DNA of 64,000 bases, taken from NCBI RefSeq assembly GCF_963921235.1, contig NC_086097.1, forward strand, positions 208,322,001 to 208,386,000, read 5' to 3'. Each line of letters begins with the position of its first letter. Position 1 is the stretch's first letter. The notes below the pieces were generated by a model that was not told the origin of the DNA, did no database searches, and worked only from the letters and a program-made list of their open reading frames with translations. The position numbers were made by a program, and so were the translations under genes. Of the stretch, positions 1 through 11,980 are shown piece by piece. The DNA is from Mobula hypostoma (Eukaryota).

Positions 1-336
1 GTGGTAGTAAATTTAGAAGGAATTGTTAAGTTTTTCTATCCAGTTTTTCCATTTCAGCTTGCTCCCTGTATATTGGAATCAAGTCACCATAGTGGGTCGA
101 AGGTTAGTATTACTTAGGAGAAATGTATCTAAGTATAATATCCATAAATTTCATTACTAAATGCTAAACCGAAGAAAATAACTGCAATAAAAAGTGAATA
201 TACTCTTGTACACCTTGTGCCTTTAAAGTAATGTGTATAAATAGAATAGAATTGTAAATATATTATTATTAAATTTCTGCTAATAATAGCAATGCTAGAT
301 ATATATAGAAATATATTAAAATATATATAGAACTAA

Positions 337-447
337 CAAGATTGGGAAAAGGAACTCAATTTGACTTTTATGACGGAGGATTGGATGTGGATTCTGAAGC
401 TGGTTAACTCTTCTTCGATCTGTGCTAGTCATTCACCAATTCAATTT
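337..447 (+). mobile_element. L1/Tx1-type LINE ORF2 C-terminal fragment
   Basis: Translates as QDWEKELNLTFMTEDWMWILKLVNSSSICASHSPIQF, resembling the W..EL..W..I..SSIC..H..IQF region of fish L1-type ORF2. From recollection, not a search. Confidence 0.45.
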
Positions 448-520
448 TGCTTACTTCGATGTACTCGTGTTATTTTTTGAATAATAATAATAATAAAAAG
501 ATTTGAAAAGATATATATAT

Positions 521-1263
521 ATAGAAATATAGAAACATAGAAAACCTACAGCACAATATAGGCCCTTTGGCCCACAAAGTTGTGCCGAACATGTCCCTAC
601 CTTAGAAATTACTAGGCTTACCCATAGCCCTCTATTTTTCTAAGCTCCACGTACCTATCCAAAAGTCTCTTAAAAGACCCTGTCGTATCCACCTCCACCA
701 CCATTGCCGGCAGCCCATTCCACGCACTCACCACTCTCTGTGTAAAAAACTTACCCCTGACATCTCCTCTGTACCTACTCTCCAGCACCTTAAACCTGTG
801 TCCTCTTGTGGCAATCATTTCAGCCCTGGGAAAAAGCCTCTGACTATCCACACGATCAATGCCTCTCATCATCTTATACACCTCTATCAGGTCACCTCTC
901 ATCCTCCTCCGCTCCAAGGAGAAAAGGCCGAGTTCAGTCAACCTGTTTTCATAAGGCATGCTTCCCAAACCAGGCAACATCCTTGTAAATCTCCTCTGCA
1001 TCCTTTCTATGGCTTCCATATCCTTCCTGTAGTGAGGCGACCAGAACTGAACACAGTACTCCAAGTGGGGTCTGACCAGGGTCCTATATAGCTGCAACAT
1101 TACCCCTCAGCTTTTAAACTCAGTCCACGATTGATGAAGGCCAATGCACCGTATGCCTTCTTAACCACAGAGTCAACCTGCGCAGCTGCTTTCAGTGTCC
1201 TGTGGTCTCGGATCCCAAGATCCGTCTGATCTTCCACACTGCCAAGAGTCTTACCATTAATTC
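521..1263 (-). mobile_element. CR1 LINE 3' fragment
   Basis: ORFs 618-1100 and 1100-1300 encode the CR1 ORF2 C-terminus (LVRPHLEYCVQFW); ATAGAAAC-type tail at 521-545. Confidence 0.92.
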
Positions 1264-1265
1264 TA

Positions 1266-2152
1266 CAGTGGCATGCAAATGTTTGGGCACCCCTGGTCAA
1301 AATTTCTGTTACTGTGAATAGCTAAGCAAGTAAAAGATGAACTGATTTCCAAAAGGCATAAAATTAAAGATGACACATTTCTTTAATATTTTAAGCAAAA
1401 AACTTTTTTTTTATTTCCATCTTTTACAGTTTCAAAATAAAAAAGGAAAAGAGCCCGATGCAAAAGTTTGGGCACTCTGCATGGCAGTACTTAGTAACAC
1501 CCCCTTTGGCAAGTATCACAGCTTGTAAACGCTTTTTGTAGCTAGCTAAAAGTCTTTCAATTCTTGCTTGGGGGATTTTTACCCATTCGTCCTTGCAAAA
1601 GGCTTCACGTTCTGTGAGGTTCTTGGCCGTCTTGCATGCACTGCTCTTTTGAGGTCTATCCACAGATTCTCAATGATGTTTAGGTCGGTGGACTGTGAGG
1701 ACCGTGGCAAAACCTTCAGCTTGCACCTCTTGAGGTAGTCCATTGTGGATTTTGAGGTGTGCTTCGGATCATTATCCTGTTGTAGAAGCCATCCTTTTTT
1801 CATCTTCGGCTTTTTTACAGACAGTGTAATGTTTGCTTCCAGGATTTGCTGGTATTTAATTGAATTCATTCTTCCCTCTACCAGTAAATGTTCCCCATGT
1901 TCATACCTTTGCCCAAAGCATGATTGATCCACCCCTGTGCTTAACAGTTGGAGAGGTGTTCGTTTCATGAAATTCTGCACCTTTTTTTCTCCAAACATAC
2001 CTTTGCTCATTGCGGCCAAAAAGTTCTATTCAAAAAGTTCAAAGGAACATATCAACAAGCCTGATGCATTTTGGAAACAAGTCCTGTGGACTGATGAAGT
2101 TAAAATAGAACTTTTTGGCCACAATGAGCAAAGGTATGTTTGGAGAAAAAAG
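1266..2152 (-). mobile_element. Tc1 (DD34E) transposon remnant with one IR/DR-type terminal repeat and a rearranged internal end
   Basis: TA at 1264-1265 then CAGTGGCATGCAAATGTTTGGGCAC, with the inner direct repeat at about 1459-1475. Minus ORF has QQDNDPKH..34 aa..IENLW; the WTDE motif lies on the + strand at 2040-2152. Confidence 0.9.
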
Positions 2153-2814
2153 CGTAAGTAGATGATTGGAAGGGAGGTTTCCACCAGAAATAGCGAAATG
2201 TTAATTGGCTGAAGCATCATTTGTGTTCAGTCCACCAACAAAACTTCTCTATCTGCCCAGTGGAAGTTTCTGCCGACAAAGATTTTGAAAGATGGAGAGC
2301 ATCCCAGACTAATGCTTGCTGTGTGTTAGCATTCTTCAAGGAAACAGTGACCCACCTTTATTGCCTTCAACAACATTGGAAAGGGTGGGATATGGAACTT
2401 AACTGTTCACAACATTTTGGGTCCCTTGCTCTCCCTTCTGTCTGTTAATTGAGCTCCAGCAATAACATTACACACTTATTTATCTTTAACGTTCTGAAGT
2501 GTTAATTCACTATCACCTAGTTATACAATTGCAAAGCATATCACTTAGTTTTGAACATTTGTCCTAATCATCATGCTAGGAGGTAATCATTATCTGCAAC
2601 CGTGGCACTACTTGCAGTTCAGCAGGTCTCCTTTCTTCCTGCTACAATAAGTTTTAGCTTCACTTTCACTAGTAAGCACTTACCATACCCTTTTCCCTGT
2701 TGATTAGATATGCATTTGGAATATTCATTCCCAAATTACCGCATATTTCTTCTGGAGATATTAACTGTAAAATGTGATGACAGTAGTATCTGGGGGTAAT
2801 TCAGAAGGCATAGG

Positions 2815-4615
2815 ATCATTTCATCCCAAAAAAGGAGAAGCATTCTAAGGGAGGATTAGACGTGGCTGACAAGGAAGGCAGGTTAAAAGCAGAAGAGAAG
2901 GCATACAATATTGCAAAAATTATCAGGCAGTTAGAGGATTGGGAAGCTTGTAAAATCCAATTGAAGACAATTAGTAAGGTGATAAAAGAGGAAACATTAA
3001 AGTAAGAAAGCCAATAGGACAAAAAGGGATACTAAAAGTGTTTTCAGTTATGGAAGATATAAAGAGAGGCAAGGGTGCTGGAAGCATAATAGTAAGGAAC
3101 CAAAAACATTGGCTGATAAACTACATGAATATGCTGCATCAGTTTTCACTATTCAAGAGGGACAGGGCAGAAATGAGTGTAATTGTTTTTCTAAGGAGAA
3201 GGGGGTTGGAAAACTAAAAGGTCTTCAGGTGGGTAAGTCACCTTGACTGGATGGTCTACACCCCAGGGTTCTGATAGTTGAGGCATTGTTTGAAGAATCA
3301 TTAGAACCTGGAATAGTTCCGGGAGACTGGAAAATGACAAATGTCACTCCGCTCTTTAGGAACAGAGGGAGGCAAAAGACAGGAAATAATAGGCCAGCTC
3401 ACTTGACTTCAATGGTTGGTAAGATGTTCGGGTCAACTATTGATGATGGGGTTTCAGTGTACTTGAAGCCATATGATAAAATAGGCCAAATGTATTCCTT
3501 AAGAAAAAATTTTTCCTGACAAATCTGTTGGAATTCATTGAGGAATTAATAGGTAGAATAGACCGAGAGTCAGTGGGTGTTTTTTTACATGGATTTTCAG
3601 AAGGCCTTTGACAAGATGCCTCACATGAGGCTGTTAAGCAATATAAGAGTCCATGGTTTTACAGGAAAGATACTGGCATGTAGAGAAGATTGGCTGACTG
3701 GCAGGAGCAAAGAGTGAGAATAAAGGGAGCCTTTTCAGATTGACTGCTGGTGACTAGTGGTGTTCCACAGGGGTTGGTGTTGGAACCACTTCTTTTCATG
3801 TTATACGTCAATCGTTTGGATTACAGAATTGATGGCTTTGGGACCAAGTTTGCAGATGATACAAAAATAGATGGAGAGTTGGGTAGTGTTGAGGAAGCAA
3901 AGAGTCTGCAGAAGAAGTTAGACAGATTAGAAGAATGAGCAAAGAGTGGCAGATCAAATATAATGTAGGGAAGTATATGGCCATGCACTTTGGTAGATGC
4001 AATAACAGTGTAGACTATTTTCTAAATGGGAAGAAAATTCAGAAGTTAGAGGTGCAAGGGGACTTGAGAGATTTTGTACAGAATTCCCTAAAGTTTAACT
4101 TGCAGGTTGAATTGGTGGTAAGAAAGGCAATTACAATGTTAGCATTCATTTCAAGAGGATTAGAATATAAAAGCAAGGATGTAATGCTGAGCCTTTACAT
4201 TCACAAGAATGATCCCAGGAATGCATGAATTAATATGTGAGAAGTGTTTGGTGGCTCAGGGCCTATACTTATTGGAGTTTAGAAGAATCTCATTGAAACC
4301 TATCAAATAGTGAAAGGCCTAAATGTGAAGAGCATGTTTCCTATGGTCTAGGACCAGAGGGCACAACCTCAAAATACAAGGACATCCCTTTAGAGCAGAT
4401 ATGAGGAAGAACTTCTTTAGCCGAGGGTGGTGAATCTGTGCCACAGACAGCTGTGTGGGTATATGTATAGTGGAGATTGATAGGTTCTTGATTAGTAAGG
4501 GCATCAAAGGTTAACAAAAGAAGGCAGGAGAATGGGGTTAAGAGGAATAATATATCAGCCATGATGAAATGGTGGAGCAGACCCAGTAGGCATGGCCTAA
4601 TGGTTTTCTGGTCTT
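2815..4615 (+). mobile_element. Old degenerate CR1 LINE (RT region to 3' end)
   Basis: Fragmented ORFs with DWKMTNVTPLF, SGVPQG..FADDTK, MLAFISRGLEYKS. Confidence 0.85.
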
Positions 4616-6318
4616 TAACAGAGTTCCAGAGAAAACAATCGGATTGCAAAATGTAAACAATACAGTGATGGAATATAGAAGTAATGAGTGAGAAAGTGTC
4701 ATGTATTGAAAGAATGGAGCAAGCAAATGGATACTCAAACCAAGGGAATTCCTTCGTAATCTTGTGCAGAGGAGAGCAGGAAGGAGGTATGAGAGTTGTC
4801 ATCCCAATGGTTTATGATTACCTGGGTTGAATATTTACCAAACATCCATGTGACACGCACACCCATATGTCTTCGACATTTTCCTCATAGCAGTTACACA
4901 TTTAAAGACATAACCAGCTGTGTACTCCACAATTCCTCCTTTGTCAGCATAAATTGAGCTTTTGGATGCAACCACTCACAATTCATCCAGAAGTACAAGG
5001 TGCAACGTTACTGCATTTCATAGAAGACGTACCTATCCTCAAGTGAATTGACTGGACACCCGCAGAAGGGTCTGCAACTATTCAATCCTTTCTAAAGTCC
5101 ATACAGTGCATTCAGACTTCAAGGCTGGGTTTCATTTTCAGTATTTACCTGCTAGTGCACTTGTTCAGTGGGTGCCTCAGTGATGACACTGCTGGTGAAG
5201 CTTATTACAGGAGGTACCACTATTTCAATGACTGAGAATGCCTGGTGGTTTGGAAATCACAGGAAGGAGGCCAACACAGGATCTTCAGAGGCACTGTGGC
5301 CGTAAGGGCCAATGCCCTTCCCAGAAAAATGTGCAGCTTCAATAAATTGAGTCTGATCCCACTGGAAGCCATACAGATTCTATTCTAGCTCTTGGTTCGA
5401 AGAGTAAACCATCATACTACTGTTTCTATCAAAACTAAGATTATTTCTAAACTGATGGAGATCAATATTTGACCGTCACATTATATGCAATACCACTAGC
5501 ACACCAAAACAAAAGATGAATTTCTACATCTGGGGCTTGGGCCTTGAGATGATGAAAACATGATCACAGTTAAAAAAAACACGAGAAACAGGTTGAAGCC
5601 AGTCAAATCTGTGAAAGTGGAAGGAATCGTCTGTTATAGAAGTAGATAGTGTGGAAGGAGCCAAAGGCAGTTAATGCACTTCTTAGCGGTTAATTATATC
5701 AAGACCATAAGGGCAAAGAAGCTGACAATCTAATGAAGATAGCTTCAGCTTTGTGGATATTTAGTTTCTCACTGGTTTTGTGTATTGCCAACTACATATT
5801 TCATCTCCAAAAAGTTTAATCAAATTAATTAAAAATCAGAGCTTATTTGTCTTTTAGGTATCTTCCATAGTTATTGAGGTACATCAGTATAAAAAATAAT
5901 TTGGGTATCCATCGTTGCTAAAGGTAAGCAGTAAAATCAAATAACACTAAAATGGGTAAACATACAAGCTATTGCAATGTGGGCTTTAATCATGTTCTCA
6001 GATAATCCACTGAATTTGAACATCATGAGTAAATTAGGACCATTTTATTCTCATTATCTACTGTCGGTGATCTCTTTCTGGAATTCTCGGGATTCACTCA
6101 GGTACAACCTGTCAACAAACTGTGTTGAAACTGTAGGAGCAACTACTGCCATAGCATAAGGCAAGATCCAAAGATTGGGGTTATTACATAATACAGTGGT
6201 CTCTGTACAATATGAAAACTGAAAACTCACATACACTCCACAGGGGGAGCCAAAGATTGGATCAGCATTTCCTTAACAGAGTATTATTTAGTTAAGATAC
6301 CAAGGTTAGTTTAAATGG

Positions 6319-6410
6319 ACGAACGGTCTCGGCCCGAAACGTTGACTGTACCTCTTCCTAGAGATGCTGCCTGGCCTGCTGCATTCACCAGCAACTTTGA
6401 TGTGTGTTGC
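6319..6410 (+). mobile_element. Penelope-like terminal-repeat fragment
   Basis: Matches the repeat at 23660-23754; 13-bp TSD ttagtttaaatgg at 6306-6318 and 6411-6423. Confidence 0.85.
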
Positions 6411-6708
6411 TTAGTTTAAATGGGTTTGTTTTAGATTCTCCCATTGATAATTAACATAGCACTGTGGTGGCATCTGTTCCATTGTGTAACACTGATGAAT
6501 TTGAATGATGAATCTGTCTCCGTTTCAAATTAATATTGACAATATACTAATTATCTAACCACAATGAATAGCTTGAAATTTAGTGTATTATAAAAATGAA
6601 TTTAATGATGCTTCATAAATTATAAATTTAATGCAGGATAAAAATTCATATTGATGAAATCCAATATACCTGAGATCTATTTCCCATTATAATTGATTGA
6701 TTATTTAA

Positions 6709-6905
6709 TTTCAAAGTTCAAAGTACACTTATTATCAAAGTACGTATACTTTATTCAACCTTGAGATTTGTTTTCGTACAGGCGGCTACAAAACAAAGAA
6801 ACCCAATAGAACTTATTTAAAAAAGACTGTCAAACACCCAATGTGCAGGAAAAAAAGCACGCAAACAGCAGAAGTAAGCAAGTAGCATTCAGAACTGAAG
6901 TTCAC
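6709..6905 (-). mobile_element. Retroposon 3' end (family unresolved)
   Basis: Clearly similar to 57777-57990 (caaagtaca..aaacaccca.tgtgcag..agcattcagaactgaagttcacaa), with a short repeated tail. Confidence 0.55.
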
Positions 6906-8179
6906 AAAAGTGAATCCACGCTGTGATGGTGACAGGCCACAGCCCCAGTTTGGTGCAGACATGAGTAAACCTCACGGAGCAATGAGTTGAAGTCCAGTGC
7001 AGAGTCGAGTAAAACTAGCGGAGCAGCGATTGAACCAGCCCATCCCTCACCTCTGGCCCGGAAACCTTGACCTTTTTCAATCTGGGCTGGCACTTAAATC
7101 CTTCAAACGTCAGGTCATTCCTTGCACTCAGACCCAGGCCTTGCTGCTTTGATGTGCTCTCAGTCTGGTACCCTGCCACCTCAGTTCGGCCGAATTCTGG
7201 ATGAAGTTTGTACTTTGTAAAGAGAACATAACAAAGCAGGCAGTGAATAATGTGAGGAAAGAAAGAACTAACTTACGTAGTGTTTTCTCAAGTTGTCAGA
7301 TGTTTTAATGGTAATAATCAGAGTGTTTTTGCTTTACTGAATTTTTGTCAGTTTTGAACAAGCAAACAAGGTAGCAAACTTATACACTGCAGGTTTCCAA
7401 AAATGGTACTTTAAAGTATGTGACAAGTTTATCTGTTCATAGAAATCTGATCGAAGATTGAATGTTGGCCACAACACTGGGCAAATTCCCTGCTCTTCGT
7501 GAAATAATCTTGTAGAATCAAATCACTTCCTGGTTTTATATTAATAGCAGTAGTGTTGTGGAATCTCTTTCAAGCTGGCCATCTGAGGGCTTGGTCTTCT
7601 GTTTCATCTGAAAATCAATGCGTTAAGAAATTCATTGTACATTGAAATATGCAAAAAATGGCATCGTAAAGGAAACTTACGCCAGTTTCTAACTGTGCCA
7701 GTGGCATAGGATTTTCCTGTAAGGATGTGTCTGATTTAATGACATCAGTCATAGTCATTTCCACATTAATGCAGTATACCAGCTGACACTAACCTGTGCC
7801 AGTGGACCTAGGGGATCACTTAATGCAACTCTGCTAGAAGTAATTGTGTAGTTTAGAGTGTATTATTTAGAAGAATGGCAAGACTAACATGGAAATGAAT
7901 ATCCTGCTCCAGTCTCTCGCCCCAATGATCTTGCTGGTAAACATGGACTCCCATATATGGGCCCAGGGAGTCTTCAGGTTGGAGGATATTCCTTGTGGCC
8001 AGTACAATGGCTTTAGATGGTAGTCCCAGTGTTGCAAGGAATTGAATCACCTTATACATCAATTTAAGCAACAACAAAGCCATCACCAGCAAATGCAGAA
8101 CTGCCCTTATACTTTACACCTTGCATTACACCCACTTCATAAACCTAACAATCACTAAGTATTCATATGCCCCCTACGT

Positions 8180-8590
8180 ACATGAGAATGGTTTGAGGGA
8201 GCTAGACCTTTCTCTTTGGAGCAAAGGAGGATGAGAGCTGACTTGATAAAGTTGTACCAGATGATAAGAGGATAGTCAGAGTGGATAGTCAGAGACGTTT
8301 TTTTCCCAGGGCAAAAATATGATGGGGCATAACTTTAAGAGGATTGGAGGAAAGTATGGGGGGCGGGGGGAGGTTACAGTTAAGTTTTTTTTACATAGAG
8401 TGGTGGGTGCATGGAACTCTGCCAGGGTTTATGGTAGAGGCAGATGCATTAAGGACATTTATTAAACTCTTCGACAGGCAAATGGATGATAGAAACATGG
8501 AGAGCTATGTAGAAAGGAAGGGTTGATTGTAGAGTGGGTCCTAAGTTTGGCACAATATCGTAGCCTGTACAGTTTTATGTTCTATATACT
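8180..8590 (+). mobile_element. Degenerate CR1 3' fragment
   Basis: Similar to the CR1 3' ends elsewhere in the window (ttttctctttggagcaaaggaggatgagag ... ttttatgttctat). Confidence 0.75.
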
Positions 8591-9714
8591 CATACACTAC
8601 TTCAACATTCAAGCACCCATCTGACACTTTACATATATCTTCAACTATTCAACTAACAGATACATCGCAAAAACAGATTGTAATACACTCTCACTCTTTC
8701 CTTTCCCTTGCTAAAGGCGGCACGCAATCTGCTTAAGGAACAAACTGGAGAGGGTCCTTACTGATTAATTTGCTTTGAAGAGAAGATAGTCACCATCATG
8801 GGCTAGTGGTCACAGAGCTTATGACTAAAATCAGTGAGGATGTCGACATGCTCAGTTCTAATCCTCTTTGTTTACACCACCACTTCCTTCTCATCCTGCA
8901 CACTCTTCAGCTTCATAAGATTCAGATGGTTTATTGGTGCTCTCTTACCTGCCCCTGAATCATACCACCATGGCATTGTGCCACTCTCAATTTAGAGACT
9001 GCCAAGAAGTACAATTCAATCCACCCTTACCTGACAAGTTGCCAGGGACTCAGAAAGATGATGCTATGCTTCTGCATCTGACACTCCCACCCATCCGCTC
9101 AGAACTTGGCTTTGTATGGATGAGGGAGTCATTTAGACTCAGGACATGGTAGCACTGAGTCACTATACATGAGTAGCCAATGACAAAACTAGGGGGAGGG
9201 ATTACCTTACACACCTGTTAGCTGCAAGGCCAAGTCACACACCAATTCTGCTCCACAGTACTGAAATGATGATATCCATTCGGCCACCTGTTGACAGGAT
9301 ACCTGATGCTTATCCAGGTAGAGTTGCTTGGGGTTCTATCCTTCTTCCTGGAAAGCCTGCATGAAATGGTTAGGAGATTGGAGAGCCCAGTTCCAGGTAT
9401 ACACCAGGATGGCTGTGGACTTTGAAGCCCAATCTTTTCAATATGAAAAGGTTGGGCTTAGCTCCATGGAAAAACTTACAACGTTAGTGGTCTGAAGAAG
9501 GAAATCTCAGTTTCTATTGTAGCTGTTATTCAGAGTATAATGCTACACTGGAATTTCTGACTTCACCACCAAAGTTCAGTCGGTTGTGACTATGCCTCTG
9601 GATTTCATTGATGGAAGAGGCTTTGAGGGAGCTGTGGTACTCTTGAGTCTCCACATCCTGAGGAGATTGAGGTGAGCAAGACTTCCCTGCTCCCACTGTG
9701 TTCTAACCAGTTTT

Positions 9715-10520
9715 TACAGGATCTCCAATGAGAGTGTCCTGATCAGCTACATCACCATCTGATATGGGAATTGCAAGACGTCTGCCCTCAAGACCCTACA
9801 AAGGATTACGAGGGACTTCTGAGAGGATCACTGGGGCCTCTTTTCCACCCATCTGAGATTTTATCAGGAGCGGTGCACATGCAAGCCCCTTAGCATTATC
9901 AAGAAACCCTTCCATCTGTCCCTCAATCTCTTTGAAGCTCTACCATCAGGCTAGGGGTACGATAGCATTAAAACAAGGATTGTGAGGGTGGGAAATAGCT
10001 TCTTCCCCCATGCTGTGAGACTACCGAACTCCCTTCCACCACCCAAGTCTCATCACATATGAAATGCCAATAGCATTATACTGTTTATTTTTCAACTTGT
10101 GCTAAATGTCAATCTTTATTTACTTCTTATTTTATTTGGAGATACAGCACAGAAAAGGCCCTTCTAGCCCTTCGGACCATGCCACCAGCAACTCCTGATT
10201 AACCCTGTCCCAATTACGGGACAATTTACAATGAGCAGTTGACCTACTAACTGTGGGAGGAAAGTGGAGCACCTGGAGAAATTCCACATATTCCACAGGG
10301 AGGGCATACAAACTCCTCACAGAAGATGTCAGAACTGAACTCTGAACTCTGACACCCCAAGCTGTAATGGCATCACACAAACTGTGGCACTTCTGAAATA
10401 TATTTTATTGTATGTTCATTTATTTGTGGTAATATTACTTTATGTGTTGTATGTGAGTTATATGTACTGTGTTGTGTACCTTGGTCCAGAGGAACATTGT
10501 TTCATTTAAGACCGTACAGT
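9715..10520 (+). mobile_element. Degenerate Rex1/L2-like LINE 3' fragment, interrupted by a SINE
   Basis: Degenerate ESVL..ITIWYGNC and SFFPHAVRL motifs typical of this LINE C-terminus. Confidence 0.55.
10135..10390 (-). mobile_element. V-SINE (HE1-like) with CR1-derived 3' tail
   Basis: Minus strand reads gagtttgtatgccctccctgtg..ctccaggtgctccactttcctcccaca (V-domain-like), then gaagggccttttctgtgctgtatc (CR1 tail). Confidence 0.7.
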
Positions 10521-11395
10521 GTTTCCAAACTTCCCTCTCTCAATACAAGGGCACTGGTGCTGCTACAATGCCTTTCCTTTCATACCCTTGGCTTTGCCCA
10601 TCAGCTTGAAAGCCCAGACTACTGGCACCAATCATGAGATGGTGCAATCTGCAGACTGGCCATTCGGCTTTAAAATTGCTTCTGGTTAAACTTTCATTGA
10701 TGTCTGCCACCATTTACACTTACTGCTTCACCACCAGGAGATCAGGAGGTGTTCCAGGGCTAAGGGAGCAAAACATCAATGAATGGTGGTCCCTCACTGA
10801 TGACCCTGCAGCTGACCAAACTGTTGAAGGTGTTTTCAGGCAGCAATGCCAAGCAGGGAACATCTTCCTGTAAGTCTCATCAAAAGTGAGCAATCATTCA
10901 CCAGTTTGTCTGGACCTCCTGAGCAAACAATTCTTATAAATAAAAGAAAATAGTGTGCAGAAGACACACACAAAGGAAAGGTGCTAGATGGATTTTGGAG
11001 AGATAATGTGTATAAAGTTGATTTGTTTGATCTAACTCATGAAGTTATTGAATCTTTGTGATTGAGAGGACACTCAGCCTCACAGGTACAGGCAGCTCTC
11101 TGCAAAGCCATCTAGTCAGTCCCATGCTCCTGCTGTTTCCCAAGAATCCCTCAAAATATTTTTACTCAGTCTTAAAATTCAGTTTCTCTCACTTCTGCTG
11201 ATTTTAGGTCAGTGCTCTGCTTTCAGATCGGGCTGGTATTCACAAATAGTTCCAACACCCCTCCCTGCAGCCTGGTTTAGCTTGGGTTAAGCACTTTCTA
11301 CATGTATACCCAACACATATGTGCAGACAAAGAAACATGAGTGGCCACATTTTTAAACAATATCCTATTCTAGAGAAAAATTATTTCCCTCTTAT

Positions 11396-11520
11396 ATGAT
11401 GAAGGGGCTCAGCCCAAAACGTCAACTGTTCGTAGATGCTTCCTGAACTGCAGAGTTCCTCCAGCATTTTACTTCTGTTTTTCTGGACTTTCAGCATCTG
11501 CAGAACCTCTTGAGTTCGTA
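11396..11520 (+). mobile_element. Degenerate Penelope-like terminal repeat
   Basis: tgatgaaggggctcagcccaaaacgtcaactg..gagttcctccagcatttt..cagcatctgcaga. Confidence 0.7.
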
Positions 11521-11714
11521 ATTTGCCTGTTATGGTTTTTTTTTCCAGATTGAATCCTACCTACAAGCCACCTGGTAACTGATATTAATGAATAGCTGAT
11601 TCAGTGCACACAGGCAACTTAGTTTAATTTACAGACAAAAAGGCAAAATATCGAATTTGGTGATTTTTTAAAATGTTTCTACACATTTCTAATGTCAGTG
11701 CCCATGTCTATGTT

Positions 11715-11980
11715 GAGGTCATGCTAAGTGACGAGGTTTCGATCCTGACTTTCAGTACTGTCAGTGTGGAGTTTGCATGTTGTCCCAATGGCCATGAAGG
11801 TTATCCTGGGTACTGCAGCATTCCAGTGTGCTGGCTGGTAGGTTAGGTGGGTACTTTAGATTACTCCAGCTGTACAATCAGGAGGAGATAATGAACATCT
11901 GAAGGCAATAGGTCAGAGAAAATAAATGACTCTAAGAACTGGCATATACTTGATAGACCAAATGGCTCTTTCCATGTAAT
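11715..11980 (+). mobile_element. Degenerate V-SINE
   Basis: B-box-like ggtttcgatcc followed by gtgtggagtttgcatgttgtccc (V-domain-like). Confidence 0.6.

Noticed and set aside
2305..2330. NACC peptide as the RGS Cys-string exon
   Set aside because: Continues VLAFF rather than FCWCCCC and lacks a suitable donor site.
4890..4960. Minus-strand EYTAGYVFK resembling a P-element/THAP9 motif
   Set aside because: Too short, and flanks give no supporting transposase motifs.
7689..7805. Short direct repeat ctaac(c)tgtgccagtgg about 100 nt apart
   Set aside because: Only two copies with no array or element structure; not CRISPR-like.
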